Shown: positions 1 to 8,589 of the stretch, one piece after another | Layout of the letters: each line of letters opens with the position of its first letter | Position numbering within the stretch: the stretch's first letter is position 1 | Source of the DNA: a virus | IMG/VR virus record: IMGVR_UViG_3300017527_000761 | Length of the DNA stretch: 64,000 bases | Direction: 5' to 3' (one strand) | Position numbers and translations under genes: made by a program | Notes under the pieces: generated by a model | Database searches by the model: none | What the model was told of the DNA's origin: nothing | Seen by the model: the letters and a program-made list of their open reading frames with translations, nothing else

Positions 1-501
1 GGTTTTACGTCCTCCACGCGCAACGCGCGCGATAGTATTTGCAGCAACTCCGTGGATACGCGCAGCTTCTGATGCACTTTCATATATAGCTATGAAGTTG
101 CCATCGAGGTCGTAAGAACAGATTTTCTTGGTACGTGTGCGGAAGGTATGGTGCGACATATTTTTATTTGTAGTACTAATTTTTTGACGCGTCGAACTAG
201 AATGTTTTTTATTCAGGACTCCACCAGTATCTAGATTATAACCGAAAGATCGATCCAGAGATTGGTACTTCAAGATATATAGTCTTTCTAATTCATCAAC
301 GTCTTCGGGGGCACAGAATGTGAGCCGTATAATTTTAAGATTATCCCATCCGTATTTGCGTATAGCATTATAAACAGGAGTATTGTATTTTCTTTCTTTA
401 GCAGTCTTTCTGTGATTAGACATTCGACTGGCAAAATTTACCGTTTGTCCAATATAAGATTTTTCATTCGGGAAAATAAATCGATATATTAAATGTTTCA
501 T
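1..501 (-). CDS. GIY-YIG homing endonuclease, partial (C-terminus lies beyond window start)
   Basis: Minus-strand ORF open to the window edge, so it is absent from the ORF track. Start around 499-501. N-terminus MKHLIYRFIFPNEKSYIGQT gives GIY...YIG, with downstream R/E residues and a NUMOD-like HTH (GVAANTIARVARGG). Confidence 0.7.
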   Translation of the reverse strand, partial: MKHLIYRFIFPNEKSYIGQTVNFASRMSNHRKTAKERKYNTPVYNAIRKYGWDNLKIIRLTFCAPEDVDELERLYILKYQSLDRSFGYNLDTGGVLNKKHSSSTRQKISTTNKNMSHHTFRTRTKKICSYDLDGNFIAIYESASEAARIHGVAANTIARVARGGRKT

Positions 502-595
502 TACTTTAATATAATCATATATTTACCCTAAGTCAAGTCATTTCTGTTAGTGGATTTGAATCCACGAAATTTAAGCTAAAATAGACCAGAAGGGC

Positions 596-901
596 CTATT
601 TTTCTTTCCGGTTTACTAGTTTGTTCCAAGTCTCGGTTGTTGTTAAAAAACAGGTTAATGCTAAACCTGAGGTTTGGTTAAATAGTACGTACACAAATTT
701 TTCAGCTATTCTGGTACAGTGCATTGAATACTTACCTTTTCTTGAAAGTACAAAAGGTTTTTCTTTCTTTAGTTGCTTGAGTAACTTTTTGTATTCTTTG
801 TCACTCATTTGTATGTCGTACCTTTCTTTTAATCTTTCCGCAAAATGTTCACTACTGTGCTTGTAGTTTGCTTGAAGTATTAGGTTGGCATACATTTTCA
901 C
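596..901 (-). CDS. hypothetical protein (101 aa)
   Basis: ORF with AAAGGAG SD upstream and a conserved promoter-like motif upstream. Antisense ORF 621..866 judged spurious. Confidence 0.5.
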   Translation of the reverse strand: MKMYANLILQANYKHSSEHFAERLKERYDIQMSDKEYKKLLKQLKKEKPFVLSRKGKYSMHCTRIAEKFVYVLFNQTSGLALTCFLTTTETWNKLVNRKEK

Positions 902-927
902 TCCTTTCTAATTAATGATTATATACT

Positions 928-940
928 ATTCTTATTCCAA
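928..940 (-). promoter_or_regulatory. conserved block-A motif TTGGAATAAGAAT (minus strand) after hairpin+T-run
   Basis: Copy 1 of 10. Preceded on the minus strand by GGGGGTGTAGTTTTCTCACCCCC-TTCTTTTT and followed by SD and ATG 901. Confidence 0.55.
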
Positions 941-959
941 TTCTTAAGCTAAAAAGAAG

Positions 960-985
960 GGGGTGAGAAAACTACACCCCCAACC
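960..985 (-). terminator. intrinsic terminator hairpin
   Basis: GGGGGTGAGAAAACTACACCCCC (plus-strand text) with a T-run on the minus strand. Confidence 0.55.
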
Positions 986-1054
986 TTTAACATATTTCCT
1001 GTTGTGGTGAATCATCAACGATCCAACCTTCTCGCTCGAATATTGACTCGTTAG

Positions 1055-1615
1055 TTAATTCAGAAATATGCTAAAACCGGCGACGACAGCGAATTGGTTC
1101 ATGCCAATTCGTCCACCGTCCCAATCTTCTGGCTCCATATTAAGAAGCAAATATTGTAGACCTATATTTAAGAGGGCCTGAGGGGCAACTTGAAATTTAA
1201 CTCCACCAACAGCACCATAAGAAAATCCTGACATAGTAGCACTACCTTCTCCGAAATCTGCGTCAGTAGAAGCATAACCGAGAAAAGCACCAATGTAAGG
1301 ATACATTTTATTTACTCTAAATACATATTGTGGAACTGCAAACAATCCCCAGGTGGTTACACTATTATCACCATGGCTTTGTGTTTGGAACATAGGCATT
1401 AAACCAAGTTCTATGCAATCGTAAACGAAGACACCGAGCATCGGTTCCACAGTAAAAGTAGAAGTAGAGTTTTCTGCTGTTTCTCCATCAAATACACTGG
1501 TTTCACTTGTGAATGAAACGTTACCGGATAATTCCCATTGTCCAGCTTTACCAAAATCCTGGGCACTGAGAGGGATGATAAATAAAATAGTAATGAGCAC
1601 GACTAGAGATTTCAT
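1055..1615 (-). CDS. secreted outer-membrane beta-barrel-like protein
   Basis: N-terminal signal peptide MKSLVVLITILFIIPLSAQ. Alternating hydrophobic/aromatic beta-strand pattern rich in G/Y/F, typical of small OMP beta-barrels. SD AAGGAGA. Confidence 0.5.
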   Translation of the reverse strand: MKSLVVLITILFIIPLSAQDFGKAGQWELSGNVSFTSETSVFDGETAENSTSTFTVEPMLGVFVYDCIELGLMPMFQTQSHGDNSVTTWGLFAVPQYVFRVNKMYPYIGAFLGYASTDADFGEGSATMSGFSYGAVGGVKFQVAPQALLNIGLQYLLLNMEPEDWDGGRIGMNQFAVVAGFSIFLN

Positions 1616-1660
1616 AATCTCTCCTTGTTAGTTTAAAAATCGAGCTTTAAGCCCTGATAT

Positions 1661-1675
1661 ATTTCTTATGCCAAA
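1661..1675 (-). promoter_or_regulatory. conserved motif TTTGGCATAAGAAAT
   Basis: Follows hairpin GGGCCTCGGGCCC plus T7. Upstream of ATG 1615. Confidence 0.55.
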
Positions 1676-1686
1676 TTTTTAACCTA

Positions 1687-1705
1687 AAAAAAGGGCCCGA
1701 GGCCC
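1687..1705 (-). terminator. intrinsic terminator hairpin
   Basis: GGGCCCGAGGCCC flanked by A7 on plus (T7 on minus). Confidence 0.6.
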
Positions 1706-1709
1706 TTTA

Positions 1710-2237
1710 TCAATTTATTAAAGTCTTTCCAGAATTTATATCGAATACAGGAGTTTCAGTTTCGGTTTTCAGTTCCTTTTCAGTCATCTCTTCTTCCACC
1801 TCATCCATAGCTTCCATTATTGGACCTTCAGCTTTTTGCATTAAAGTTTGCATAAAAGTACCCATAATAACCATTTCTTTTTTCGACAGTTCAAAACTTA
1901 CTTCCTTGAATTCATCGAGAGACATAGTAGCCATTGTTTTCATGCGTTCATGTTTGGCAGGAGCCAATTCATCATGAATTTCTTTCATAGAAACAAGTTG
2001 GTTTTCTGTCATACTAGCCATGAATTCTGCTTGAGCTTTTTGAATTTCTTCTTTAGACGCACCAGAGTTTTCAAACTCTATAGCATCTCGACTAGCTGCT
2101 TTCATTATGCTTACTATATCTTTTACTTTTTTAGTTAGAAATTCTTCATCATTTATAAATTTATTAAATAAATCAGTAGTTTCTTTTTCACATAGTTGTA
2201 CAAAATCAATAGATTCTTGAGTCATTAAATTCTCCAT
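1710..2237 (-). CDS. acidic helical hypothetical protein
   Basis: E/K/M-rich ORF. Second in-frame ATG (about 2225) has a better GGAG SD. Confidence 0.5.
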   Translation of the reverse strand: MENLMTQESIDFVQLCEKETTDLFNKFINDEEFLTKKVKDIVSIMKAASRDAIEFENSGASKEEIQKAQAEFMASMTENQLVSMKEIHDELAPAKHERMKTMATMSLDEFKEVSFELSKKEMVIMGTFMQTLMQKAEGPIMEAMDEVEEEMTEKELKTETETPVFDINSGKTLIN

Positions 2238-2288
2238 CTAAAAGAAAGCGGGATTAATTTCCCGCTTTAAGTACATAGAGTCTTCGAC

Positions 2289-3530
2289 CTACTTAGTAGG
2301 CTTCGGATTAAAGTTTAAATCTTTCGCCGCTTGCATTGTCATAATTTCCATGAAAGACTGGGCGCCATTCTGACCGCTTGTACCAGTAGTTCCCATAACA
2401 GTTGTCGGTACCCAATTACCCTGATATTTAGATACAGCATCGGCCCACATTTGTTGAACCTTTTCATATGTAGCTAATTTCATAGATAGTTGACCATCGG
2501 CACTCATCACGAGACGCTTGCGTTCAGATTCACCTTGACCAAGTTTAATTTCTTTCATCTTGGTGAATTCGGCTGCTTCCATTTCAAGTCGTGCGACTTC
2601 TCGTTTCTGTTCAGCTTCAGTTATCATTTGAGCTTTGATAACCTCTTGTTTCCATTTAGAGATTGTGGCCTCTTTCTGGCCTTTCTTCTCTTCCTGGATC
2701 AATTGCTGTTCCTGCTTTTTAGTCTCAGCAATGGCGGTTTGAACCTCCATCTGAGCTTTTTGCTGAGCAGCAATCTGTAACATAATTGTTTCTTGATATC
2801 TAATTCGCTCTATTGAAACAGCAGCAATTTTTAGGCCAAATTTTTCAAACGGAGCCTCTTCTTGCCTTGCAATTCCGCCCGGCGATTGTACACTAGAATC
2901 AAGTTCCGCAATTTTTACATACTTATCTTTACCCGTGAATTCATCTTGAACTTTCTTCTCTATAGATTTAGTTTTATAAACTCCATTTCGAAGTTGATCC
3001 TCAATGTAGCGAATAAAATCTGTACGCTTTGCGGCGTAGGATTCATAACTATTCATAAGTGGACCAGTTGCAAACACAACCTTAGTAACGGTTGGCTTGA
3101 CAAGTTCATGAATTAGATTACGCATACTACCAAAAGTAGTGTGAATTAATCTTAGATGAAGATCATCTTTTGGAAACATAATACGTATACTTCCCGATAT
3201 GTAACCATTACCACCATCATTGAAGAGTACTGGAATTTCATCATCCTCTTCTTCACCCTGATTGTCTTTATCGGAAAACCAGATCTGAAAAGATTTCTGG
3301 TATTTAGTAGTTGATCCTCCCCATTGCCCTTTCAGGCCGGGAGTAGTCCAGAAAAGCAATTCACCAGATATTGGCATCTGATTTATCACAATTTCATCTG
3401 CAGGCACATCCTCAACAATCGATCCGGAAAATGATAAGAAGAATACTGCTATAACTATTAGTATAGCTCCTTTTACCAATTTTGCTGTGGAGGAAATTCC
3501 CTTGAATGAGAATAACTTGAGCAGACCCAT
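2289..3530 (-). CDS. SPFH/band-7 (stomatin/prohibitin/flotillin-like) membrane protein
   Basis: N-terminal TM helix, then an SPFH-like core and a long AQ/E/K-rich coiled coil (IAAQQKAQMEVQTAIAETKKQEQQLIQEEKKGQKEA). Confidence 0.55.
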   Translation of the reverse strand: MGLLKLFSFKGISSTAKLVKGAILIVIAVFFLSFSGSIVEDVPADEIVINQMPISGELLFWTTPGLKGQWGGSTTKYQKSFQIWFSDKDNQGEEEDDEIPVLFNDGGNGYISGSIRIMFPKDDLHLRLIHTTFGSMRNLIHELVKPTVTKVVFATGPLMNSYESYAAKRTDFIRYIEDQLRNGVYKTKSIEKKVQDEFTGKDKYVKIAELDSSVQSPGGIARQEEAPFEKFGLKIAAVSIERIRYQETIMLQIAAQQKAQMEVQTAIAETKKQEQQLIQEEKKGQKEATISKWKQEVIKAQMITEAEQKREVARLEMEAAEFTKMKEIKLGQGESERKRLVMSADGQLSMKLATYEKVQQMWADAVSKYQGNWVPTTVMGTTGTSGQNGAQSFMEIMTMQAAKDLNFNPKPTK

Positions 3531-3546
3531 AAGTGAGTTCCTTAAA

Positions 3547-3801
3547 TTAATGAATGATTGATTTAGTTGCTTCAGCCTTTTCTTTCAAGACTTTCGCTTC
3601 ATTTTCTTCTTCCCGAATTAATTGTTCGGCTTCAGAAATATCTTCTTTAGCATCGTAATATAATTCTTTGGCTTCATCAAGCTTATCTCGAGCTGTCTGA
3701 GCTTTTTTCCTTTTACTTTTTTTAATTAACCTATAAGTAATTATTAAAGGTATTAATATTACAACGCAAACAATAAAAATCTTTGCAATTGAAAAAAACA
3801 T
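3547..3801 (-). CDS. small membrane-anchored coiled-coil protein
   Basis: N-terminal TM segment (IAKIFIVCVVILIPLIITY), basic patch, acidic coiled coil. Immediately downstream of the SPFH gene. Confidence 0.45.
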   Translation of the reverse strand: MFFSIAKIFIVCVVILIPLIITYRLIKKSKRKKAQTARDKLDEAKELYYDAKEDISEAEQLIREEENEAKVLKEKAEATKSIIH

Positions 3802-3838
3802 AGTTTGTTTTCCTTTAATTTATTAAAGTGAATCTATA

Positions 3839-3854
3839 ATTCTTATACCTAAAA
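3839..3854 (-). promoter_or_regulatory. conserved motif TTTAGGTATAAGAATT
   Basis: Follows hairpin 3869-3893 plus T8. Upstream of ATG 3801. Confidence 0.55.
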
Positions 3855-3868
3855 CGTGAGCTAAAAAA

Positions 3869-3893
3869 AAGAAGGTAGCCTTGTGAGCCACCT
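3869..3893 (-). terminator. intrinsic terminator hairpin
   Basis: GAAGGTAGCCTTGTGAGCCACCTTC preceded by A8 on plus (T8 on minus). Confidence 0.55.
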
Positions 3894-4156
3894 TCAGTAA
3901 AGTCGCTAATTTCCTTCTCAATTTTTATCCCACCCGAGGTCACTAAGGACAACATTTTCGGAGACCTGTGAAACAGAACCGGATCTACCTAATCTTGCGG
4001 CAGTTGATAATAAAAATCAATAGCTCATTGATATCTATTGCTGGAAACCCGTACTTTATGGAACGAACGAAAGCTTGTTAATATATCCTGTACCAAACAG
4101 GCACATCAAGGTTACTTCCTCACTGTCTGTTTTTAGTTAAACGTTCCATTGTACAT

Positions 4157-4170
4157 ATCTTATACCAAAT
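4157..4170 (-). promoter_or_regulatory. conserved motif ATTTGGTATAAGAT with no downstream ORF
   Basis: Follows GGGGCCCC-TTTTTATTTT. Faces a 270-nt ORF-free stretch that ends at the 3869-3893 terminator. Confidence 0.45.
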
Positions 4171-4223
4171 TTTTAAAATAAAAAGGGGCCCCGGAGATTA
4201 TCTTGTAGGATATCGTGGTACAC

Positions 4224-4236
4224 TTCTTATACCGGA
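4224..4236 (-). promoter_or_regulatory. conserved motif CCGGTATAAGAAG
   Basis: Variant copy in the same intergenic region, back-to-back with the plus-strand TTGACA promoter. Confidence 0.35.
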
Positions 4237-4239
4237 AAG

Positions 4240-4268
4240 TTGACAAAAATAAAATATATTTATATATT
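4240..4268 (+). promoter_or_regulatory. sigma70-consensus promoter TTGACA-N17-TATATT
   Basis: TTGACA at about 4240, 17-nt spacer, TATATT ending about 5 nt before ATG 4274. The transcript would be leaderless or near-leaderless. Confidence 0.5.
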
Positions 4269-4273
4269 AAGGT

Positions 4274-5059
4274 ATGAATAAATGGGCTGTATCAAATAAG
4301 GTACTTCATAGAATGCTTGAAATTGCAAAAAGCAAAGGATTTAATTCTACTGAAAAATACTTGAAAAGTGTTGGCAATAAATCTGAAATTATCGATCTTG
4401 ATCCAGCTCCTATAAAAACTCTTCGTAAGACAATCACTTCAGAAGGTAAATATCCTAAACGGTTTTACAATCCTGATGGAACTGGTAATATAAAAAAATT
4501 AGAAAATTTCATTGAAAAAGGAAAAACTTTTAGAGGTGTTCCTGGAACCAAAAAAGATCCGATGGCGGGTTTATTAGATGACATGGCACATACAAAACTA
4601 CGCCAAAAAGAAATAAATAAGCCTGTAGACAGGTTTCATACTCTTCATCCAGAAAAAGCATATGTTACGGATAAATCTTCTGTAATGTATCAATCTACAA
4701 TAAAAGAATTAGAGACTCCGGCTAAAGAAGTTATATGGAGAACAAAAGGACACCACGGTCGTCCTGGTCAAAAACCAGATCCAAAATATTGGAATGACGT
4801 CAGAGGTATTTTTTTAAAAGGACAAACTCCGAAACAAAGCGGTAAATTTAAAGAAATACCAGGAAAGACTAGTAAAGTAGAAGATCAGTTTCCTACTTTC
4901 GAGCACATGACTAAAAATGAAGGACTTCCAAAAAAGGTTAGAGTTTACGTTCCACATAATAAAGCTAAAAGAAAATTTACAGACCTAGGCGTGATGAATC
5001 ACGCCCAGATCAAGTTAAAAGCTAAACAGCTTCAGGATAAGGCAAAATTGTTTTATTAA
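4274..5059 (+). CDS. basic lysine-rich hypothetical protein (261 aa)
   Basis: Only plus-strand gene in block A. Its 3' end overlaps the convergent gene 5022..5585. Strong promoter directly upstream. Confidence 0.5.
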   Translation: MNKWAVSNKVLHRMLEIAKSKGFNSTEKYLKSVGNKSEIIDLDPAPIKTLRKTITSEGKYPKRFYNPDGTGNIKKLENFIEKGKTFRGVPGTKKDPMAGLLDDMAHTKLRQKEINKPVDRFHTLHPEKAYVTDKSSVMYQSTIKELETPAKEVIWRTKGHHGRPGQKPDPKYWNDVRGIFLKGQTPKQSGKFKEIPGKTSKVEDQFPTFEHMTKNEGLPKKVRVYVPHNKAKRKFTDLGVMNHAQIKLKAKQLQDKAKLFY

Positions 5060-5585
5060 GATAATCTGCCTGTTCTTGTGTTTTACAGACTATTGTTATA
5101 TCTGTCATATATCTGCCGGGCCTTGTATGACCTTCTGTTCGATCTGCTATAGCAGCATTAAAACTATCAGCCCACTCTACTAGTGTAAGACCAGTTTTAC
5201 TGTGACCTATTAGAGGCATTGTAACATCTGTATTTTCTCCTCCAAACCCGTCAACGTTTAAAGTAGCTAGTGCATTTTCCATCATTTCCTGAAAAGTAGT
5301 TTGATGGGCGGTACCAGGATACCCAACTAATAATTTGTCAAAATTGTTCCCGGTTTTAAAGTAGTAAACAACTACAGTGGCATATTCAGAAACAACTTTA
5401 GATTCTATCTTATAATTTTCAAGACTATCTTCATCTAAAAGGGGTAGTACCTGAGACATCAGAGAAGTAGGGCTTTTACAATGTCCTCGAACATTTGATC
5501 CTACAAGAAGGCAGCTTGATGGGTAATCGAACATATTACCGATCACGATCTTTATCATGTATCCTCCATTTAAATTAATATACAT
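5022..5585 (-). CDS. possible macro-domain (ADP-ribose binding/hydrolase) like protein
   Basis: Weak resemblance to macro-domain segments (KIVIGNMFDYPSSCLLVGSNVRG, MPLIGHSKTGLT). SD GGAGGA. A motif-level guess only. Confidence 0.3.
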   Translation of the reverse strand: MYINLNGGYMIKIVIGNMFDYPSSCLLVGSNVRGHCKSPTSLMSQVLPLLDEDSLENYKIESKVVSEYATVVVYYFKTGNNFDKLLVGYPGTAHQTTFQEMMENALATLNVDGFGGENTDVTMPLIGHSKTGLTLVEWADSFNAAIADRTEGHTRPGRYMTDITIVCKTQEQADYLNKTILPYPEAV

Positions 5586-5593
5586 ATTCCACT

Positions 5594-5607
5594 ATTCTTA
5601 TGCCAAT
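5594..5607 (-). promoter_or_regulatory. conserved motif ATTGGCATAAGAAT
   Basis: Follows hairpin CCCCGCTAGGTCGGGGG (5656-5672). Upstream of ATG 5585. Confidence 0.55.
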
Positions 5608-5962
5608 ATTTAAGCTAAAGAAAAGAAGAAGTAAGCCAACTACCCCGCTAGGTCGGGGGTGTCCTTCTCTTTTCCTTACGCATATCTGCGCGGGTGATCT
5701 TCTTGTATATACCTAGTAGTCTTGTTTGTTTTTGGACATTCAGGGTTAGTTCTATTATTGTTGGCAAATACTATCCCGCCCTTCACTCATGAAGTATGTC
5801 ATGTGTATCTAAGTTCCACACAACATCCCTATAAGCTGCATAGATCTCAACTTTCTTAGAATGCGTGGCCAATGCAAGTTAAGACCGGGCCTGGCTTCTC
5901 TTTAGGCTTGTATGCCTAAATATATCCTTATTCTGATTCTCATCAGAAACTCTTGTATGAAG

Positions 5963-6238
5963 TTAAACATAACTCCATTTTTTAAAATCTTTTTTAAAAG
6001 AAATTAACTTGGTGCCTTTTTTAAAGACACCGTTTTGAAAATCTACCAAATCATATTTACCTTTATAATACTTAATTATTACCTGACAATTTTTATTAGG
6101 TAATTCTTTATAATGCCATTTTAAGTCATTAAAGAAGTCAATGACTATAGGTAGTATATCCATATTATATGATGATCCTTGTTGGAGATATTTTTCCCTG
6201 CCGAACCAAAAGAATTTTACGTAAAATTCTACTACCAT
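5963..6238 (-). CDS. hypothetical protein, start uncertain (internal Met at about 6163 likely)
   Basis: Overlaps the 3' end of 6165..6950 in another frame. Either a short gene starting MDILPIV or a frameshifted continuation. Confidence 0.3.
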   Translation of the reverse strand: MVVEFYVKFFWFGREKYLQQGSSYNMDILPIVIDFFNDLKWHYKELPNKNCQVIIKYYKGKYDLVDFQNGVFKKGTKLISFKKDFKKWSYV

Positions 6239-6950
6239 TTACTGAAGTTCGAAAATTACCGGTTTCTTTTTTCTTTTTACTTTTTCGTAAATTTACATTT
6301 GGAAAATAGATTATATCTGTTTCCGGAAATCTTTTTGCAATTTTAGGAAGAATATCATTTTCTAAATCAACCCTTTCTTTTATTGGTAATGATGTACCAA
6401 TGTTTCCTATAATTATATATTTAGGATCTGGAGTATCTTCTCTATCGTAAATGTAATACTCTCCGAGATATTCATTGGGGTTTTCATAATCTTTTTTATG
6501 GGTTTTTGACTCTGAAGCTAAACGCATGAAATCTGCTTTTCCTGCTTCTACCATTTCTCGTATTACTGTTCTATCATATAGATAAATAATTGGTTGATAC
6601 AATTCTTGTAATTTAAATCCTGCAGGCAAATAGTTATATTTACCTCGTTTTGCGTTCCACCATTTTAAGTCATAGGATCCTTGTAGATCTCCACAAAAAC
6701 ACATTGAACGTATAAAAGTTACGTTTATATGTCTGCCTTTATCTCTTTTATTTTTTTTATCCCTGGTGGGAGATACCTGATTTGTTAAGCCAGGAGTATA
6801 TGTATGTGCTAATATATTCCCGTGAGAAAAAAAGTGTGCTTGTAGTCTTTCGTCCAATTGCTTATAAGTTTTCTTTTTTTCTGTTGTTGCTCCTGCGCCA
6901 TAAATTCTGCCACAGCTTCTTATGTCTAGTATTATATATAGTTTTGACAC
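6165..6950 (-). CDS. hypothetical protein (261 aa)
   Basis: Long ORF. Its C-terminal 30 aa look low-complexity, so a possible frameshift near 6240. Long structured leader upstream. Confidence 0.4.
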   Translation of the reverse strand: MSKLYIILDIRSCGRIYGAGATTEKKKTYKQLDERLQAHFFSHGNILAHTYTPGLTNQVSPTRDKKNKRDKGRHINVTFIRSMCFCGDLQGSYDLKWWNAKRGKYNYLPAGFKLQELYQPIIYLYDRTVIREMVEAGKADFMRLASESKTHKKDYENPNEYLGEYYIYDREDTPDPKYIIIGNIGTSLPIKERVDLENDILPKIAKRFPETDIIYFPNVNLRKSKKKKETGNFRTSVNGSRILRKILLVRQGKISPTRIII

Positions 6951-7105
6951 AATGTCCTACTGGTTAATGTTTATAAATTATCATTGACTTACCGTAATAA
7001 TTTAGCCTTGTTTGGGCATTTTACTTTTTAATGTAAAAAGGAAAATGCCTTACCTTGGGACAGGGGGTAAGTGTATCCCGTCAATGCTTACGCGCAAATT
7101 CCATT

Positions 7106-7118
7106 TCTCTTATACCAG
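7106..7118 (-). promoter_or_regulatory. conserved motif CTGGTATAAGAGA
   Basis: About 160 nt upstream of start 6950, with a long hairpin (7016-7050) in the leader. Confidence 0.45.
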
Positions 7119-7195
7119 AAAATTTGAAATAATATTAATTTAAAAAGAAGAGGAGAAGCACAACATATGTTGCACAACTCCCCGAAACTCAAGTG

Positions 7196-7381
7196 CTAGT
7201 GGCCTAGCTCTTCTTCAATAAACTCATCGACACATTTAGTACACTGCTCCCCGCAATCGTTTTCATTACCTATACATATACACGGTTCAACATAATCATC
7301 TTCCCCATTTTGCAAGAACTTAATTTTGTTAGCCGTTTCTGGACTAACAATTGCCTGATCAGATCCAATGACAATAAGCAT
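7196..7381 (-). CDS. small Cys-rich protein (61 aa)
   Basis: C-x-C-x7-C-x3-C-x2-C cluster. SD AAGGAGAG. Conserved motif upstream. Confidence 0.4.
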   Translation of the reverse strand: MLIVIGSDQAIVSPETANKIKFLQNGEDDYVEPCICIGNENDCGEQCTKCVDEFIEEELGH

Positions 7382-7430
7382 ATGACTCTCCTTGAGGTGA
7401 ATAGGAATTTGATCGAATTAGAGTTTACTA

Positions 7431-7446
7431 TTTTCTTATACCTAAA
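7431..7446 (-). promoter_or_regulatory. conserved motif TTTAGGTATAAGAAAA
   Basis: Upstream of SD AAGGAGAG and ATG 7381. Confidence 0.55.
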
Positions 7447-7700
7447 AGTTCAAGTTTAAGGAAGGGTAGGGTAGGTAGGTATTTAAATAAATCCCACATA
7501 TACCATCATGATTATAGAAATCAGCAATGCGGCCTGAATTAACTTGACTATCATGTGAACCTCGCAAAAATTTAAAAAAATTTCGACCTAGAACTAAATC
7601 AAAAGAAAAAAATTAACTCGAGCATAACAGATCCCTTGAAACAAACGGGACCTTGCCAGCTCTATCAGCTCTAGATGCTAGGTCCCGTCTATGGAGGAGT

Positions 7701-8108
7701 TCAATCCCAGTAAAAAACAAAGTCATATGTATCGGGATTAATGTAATGATCAGGAGTGTTTACTTTTCTGTAAGCATCAGCAAAATGCTGAGTTCGATTT
7801 CGTAGTTGAGATACGGCTTTCCATACCCGAACATCTACGAGTATCAGAGATACCCATTCCATCTTGCAAAACTTTTCAAGTATCGCAGTGCCTTCAGGGC
7901 CTAAATCGTAGATTGGCCGTCTTTGAGCCCATAGTCCATCAATTTCTATTCCATTGTCATGTTCCCGTATTGAATTATACAGTTCAATATTCAGGTCAGA
8001 AGGACATGCAGGATAAATTACATCACCTATCCTAATTTCCTTATTCATCAAGTTAGCAAGTTGAAGTTTGGTATCTGGTATCTTGTGTATAGCAGCTGCA
8101 TATTGCAT
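7701..8108 (-). CDS. hypothetical protein (135 aa)
   Basis: ORF in the block A operon. No recognisable motif. Confidence 0.45.
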   Translation of the reverse strand: MQYAAAIHKIPDTKLQLANLMNKEIRIGDVIYPACPSDLNIELYNSIREHDNGIEIDGLWAQRRPIYDLGPEGTAILEKFCKMEWVSLILVDVRVWKAVSQLRNRTQHFADAYRKVNTPDHYINPDTYDFVFYWD

Positions 8109-8123
8109 ATCTGCCCTTTCATT

Positions 8124-8366
8124 TTATGATAGGATTACTGTTATCTTCTTGAACGCTAACAGTTTGCGTTTGTCCATGTTCAGGATTTCTTCAAAGTTAC
8201 TGAAGTAAACTACTTCTCCCCCAAAAGTCGCATATATCTGAGCATCACGACTCAAGCTGTGCGGAAGTAGTTTATGCGGGTCGATAGCGTATATACGAGT
8301 ATACCCTACCTTTTCATCAATCACTTCGAGTAAAAGTTCTATGTTCAGGCCAGTGTACAATTTCAT
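8124..8366 (-). CDS. hypothetical protein (80 aa)
   Basis: ORF. ATGA-type overlap with the upstream small ORF. Confidence 0.4.
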   Translation of the reverse strand: MKLYTGLNIELLLEVIDEKVGYTRIYAIDPHKLLPHSLSRDAQIYATFGGEVVYFSNFEEILNMDKRKLLAFKKITVILS

Positions 8367-8542
8367 TTCAAGCCCGCTTCTTGCATTAGCTCTTCTTTTT
8401 TATCTTTAAAATGTTCGGCTGTTTTCCTCAGAGTCTCTTCGTTCAGGGTTACGCCAGGAACTCTTGATTTCCACAGGTAAGCTATTAACTCATCTGAGTA
8501 ATCATACTCTTTCAAGATTTTTTCGAATTCTTCAAATGACAT
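8363..8542 (-). CDS. small hypothetical protein (about 59 aa, below ORF-track cutoff)
   Basis: GGAGG SD then ATG. MSFEEFEKILKEYDYSDELIAYLWKSR... Stop overlaps the start of 8124..8366. Hairpin terminator of the upstream gene just 5' of it. Confidence 0.3.
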   Translation of the reverse strand: MSFEEFEKILKEYDYSDELIAYLWKSRVPGVTLNEETLRKTAEHFKDKKEELMQEAGLK

Positions 8543-8589
8543 ATATCCTCCATTTTAAAAATGTGATGGAGTAGGCCCCATCACAAAAA

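Noticed and set aside
6165-6950. Metallophosphoesterase call for the 261-aa protein
   Set aside because: GD and GN-H-like fragments are present (CGDLQG, SHGNILAH, IIGNIG) but in the wrong order and spacing for the calcineurin-like motif set.
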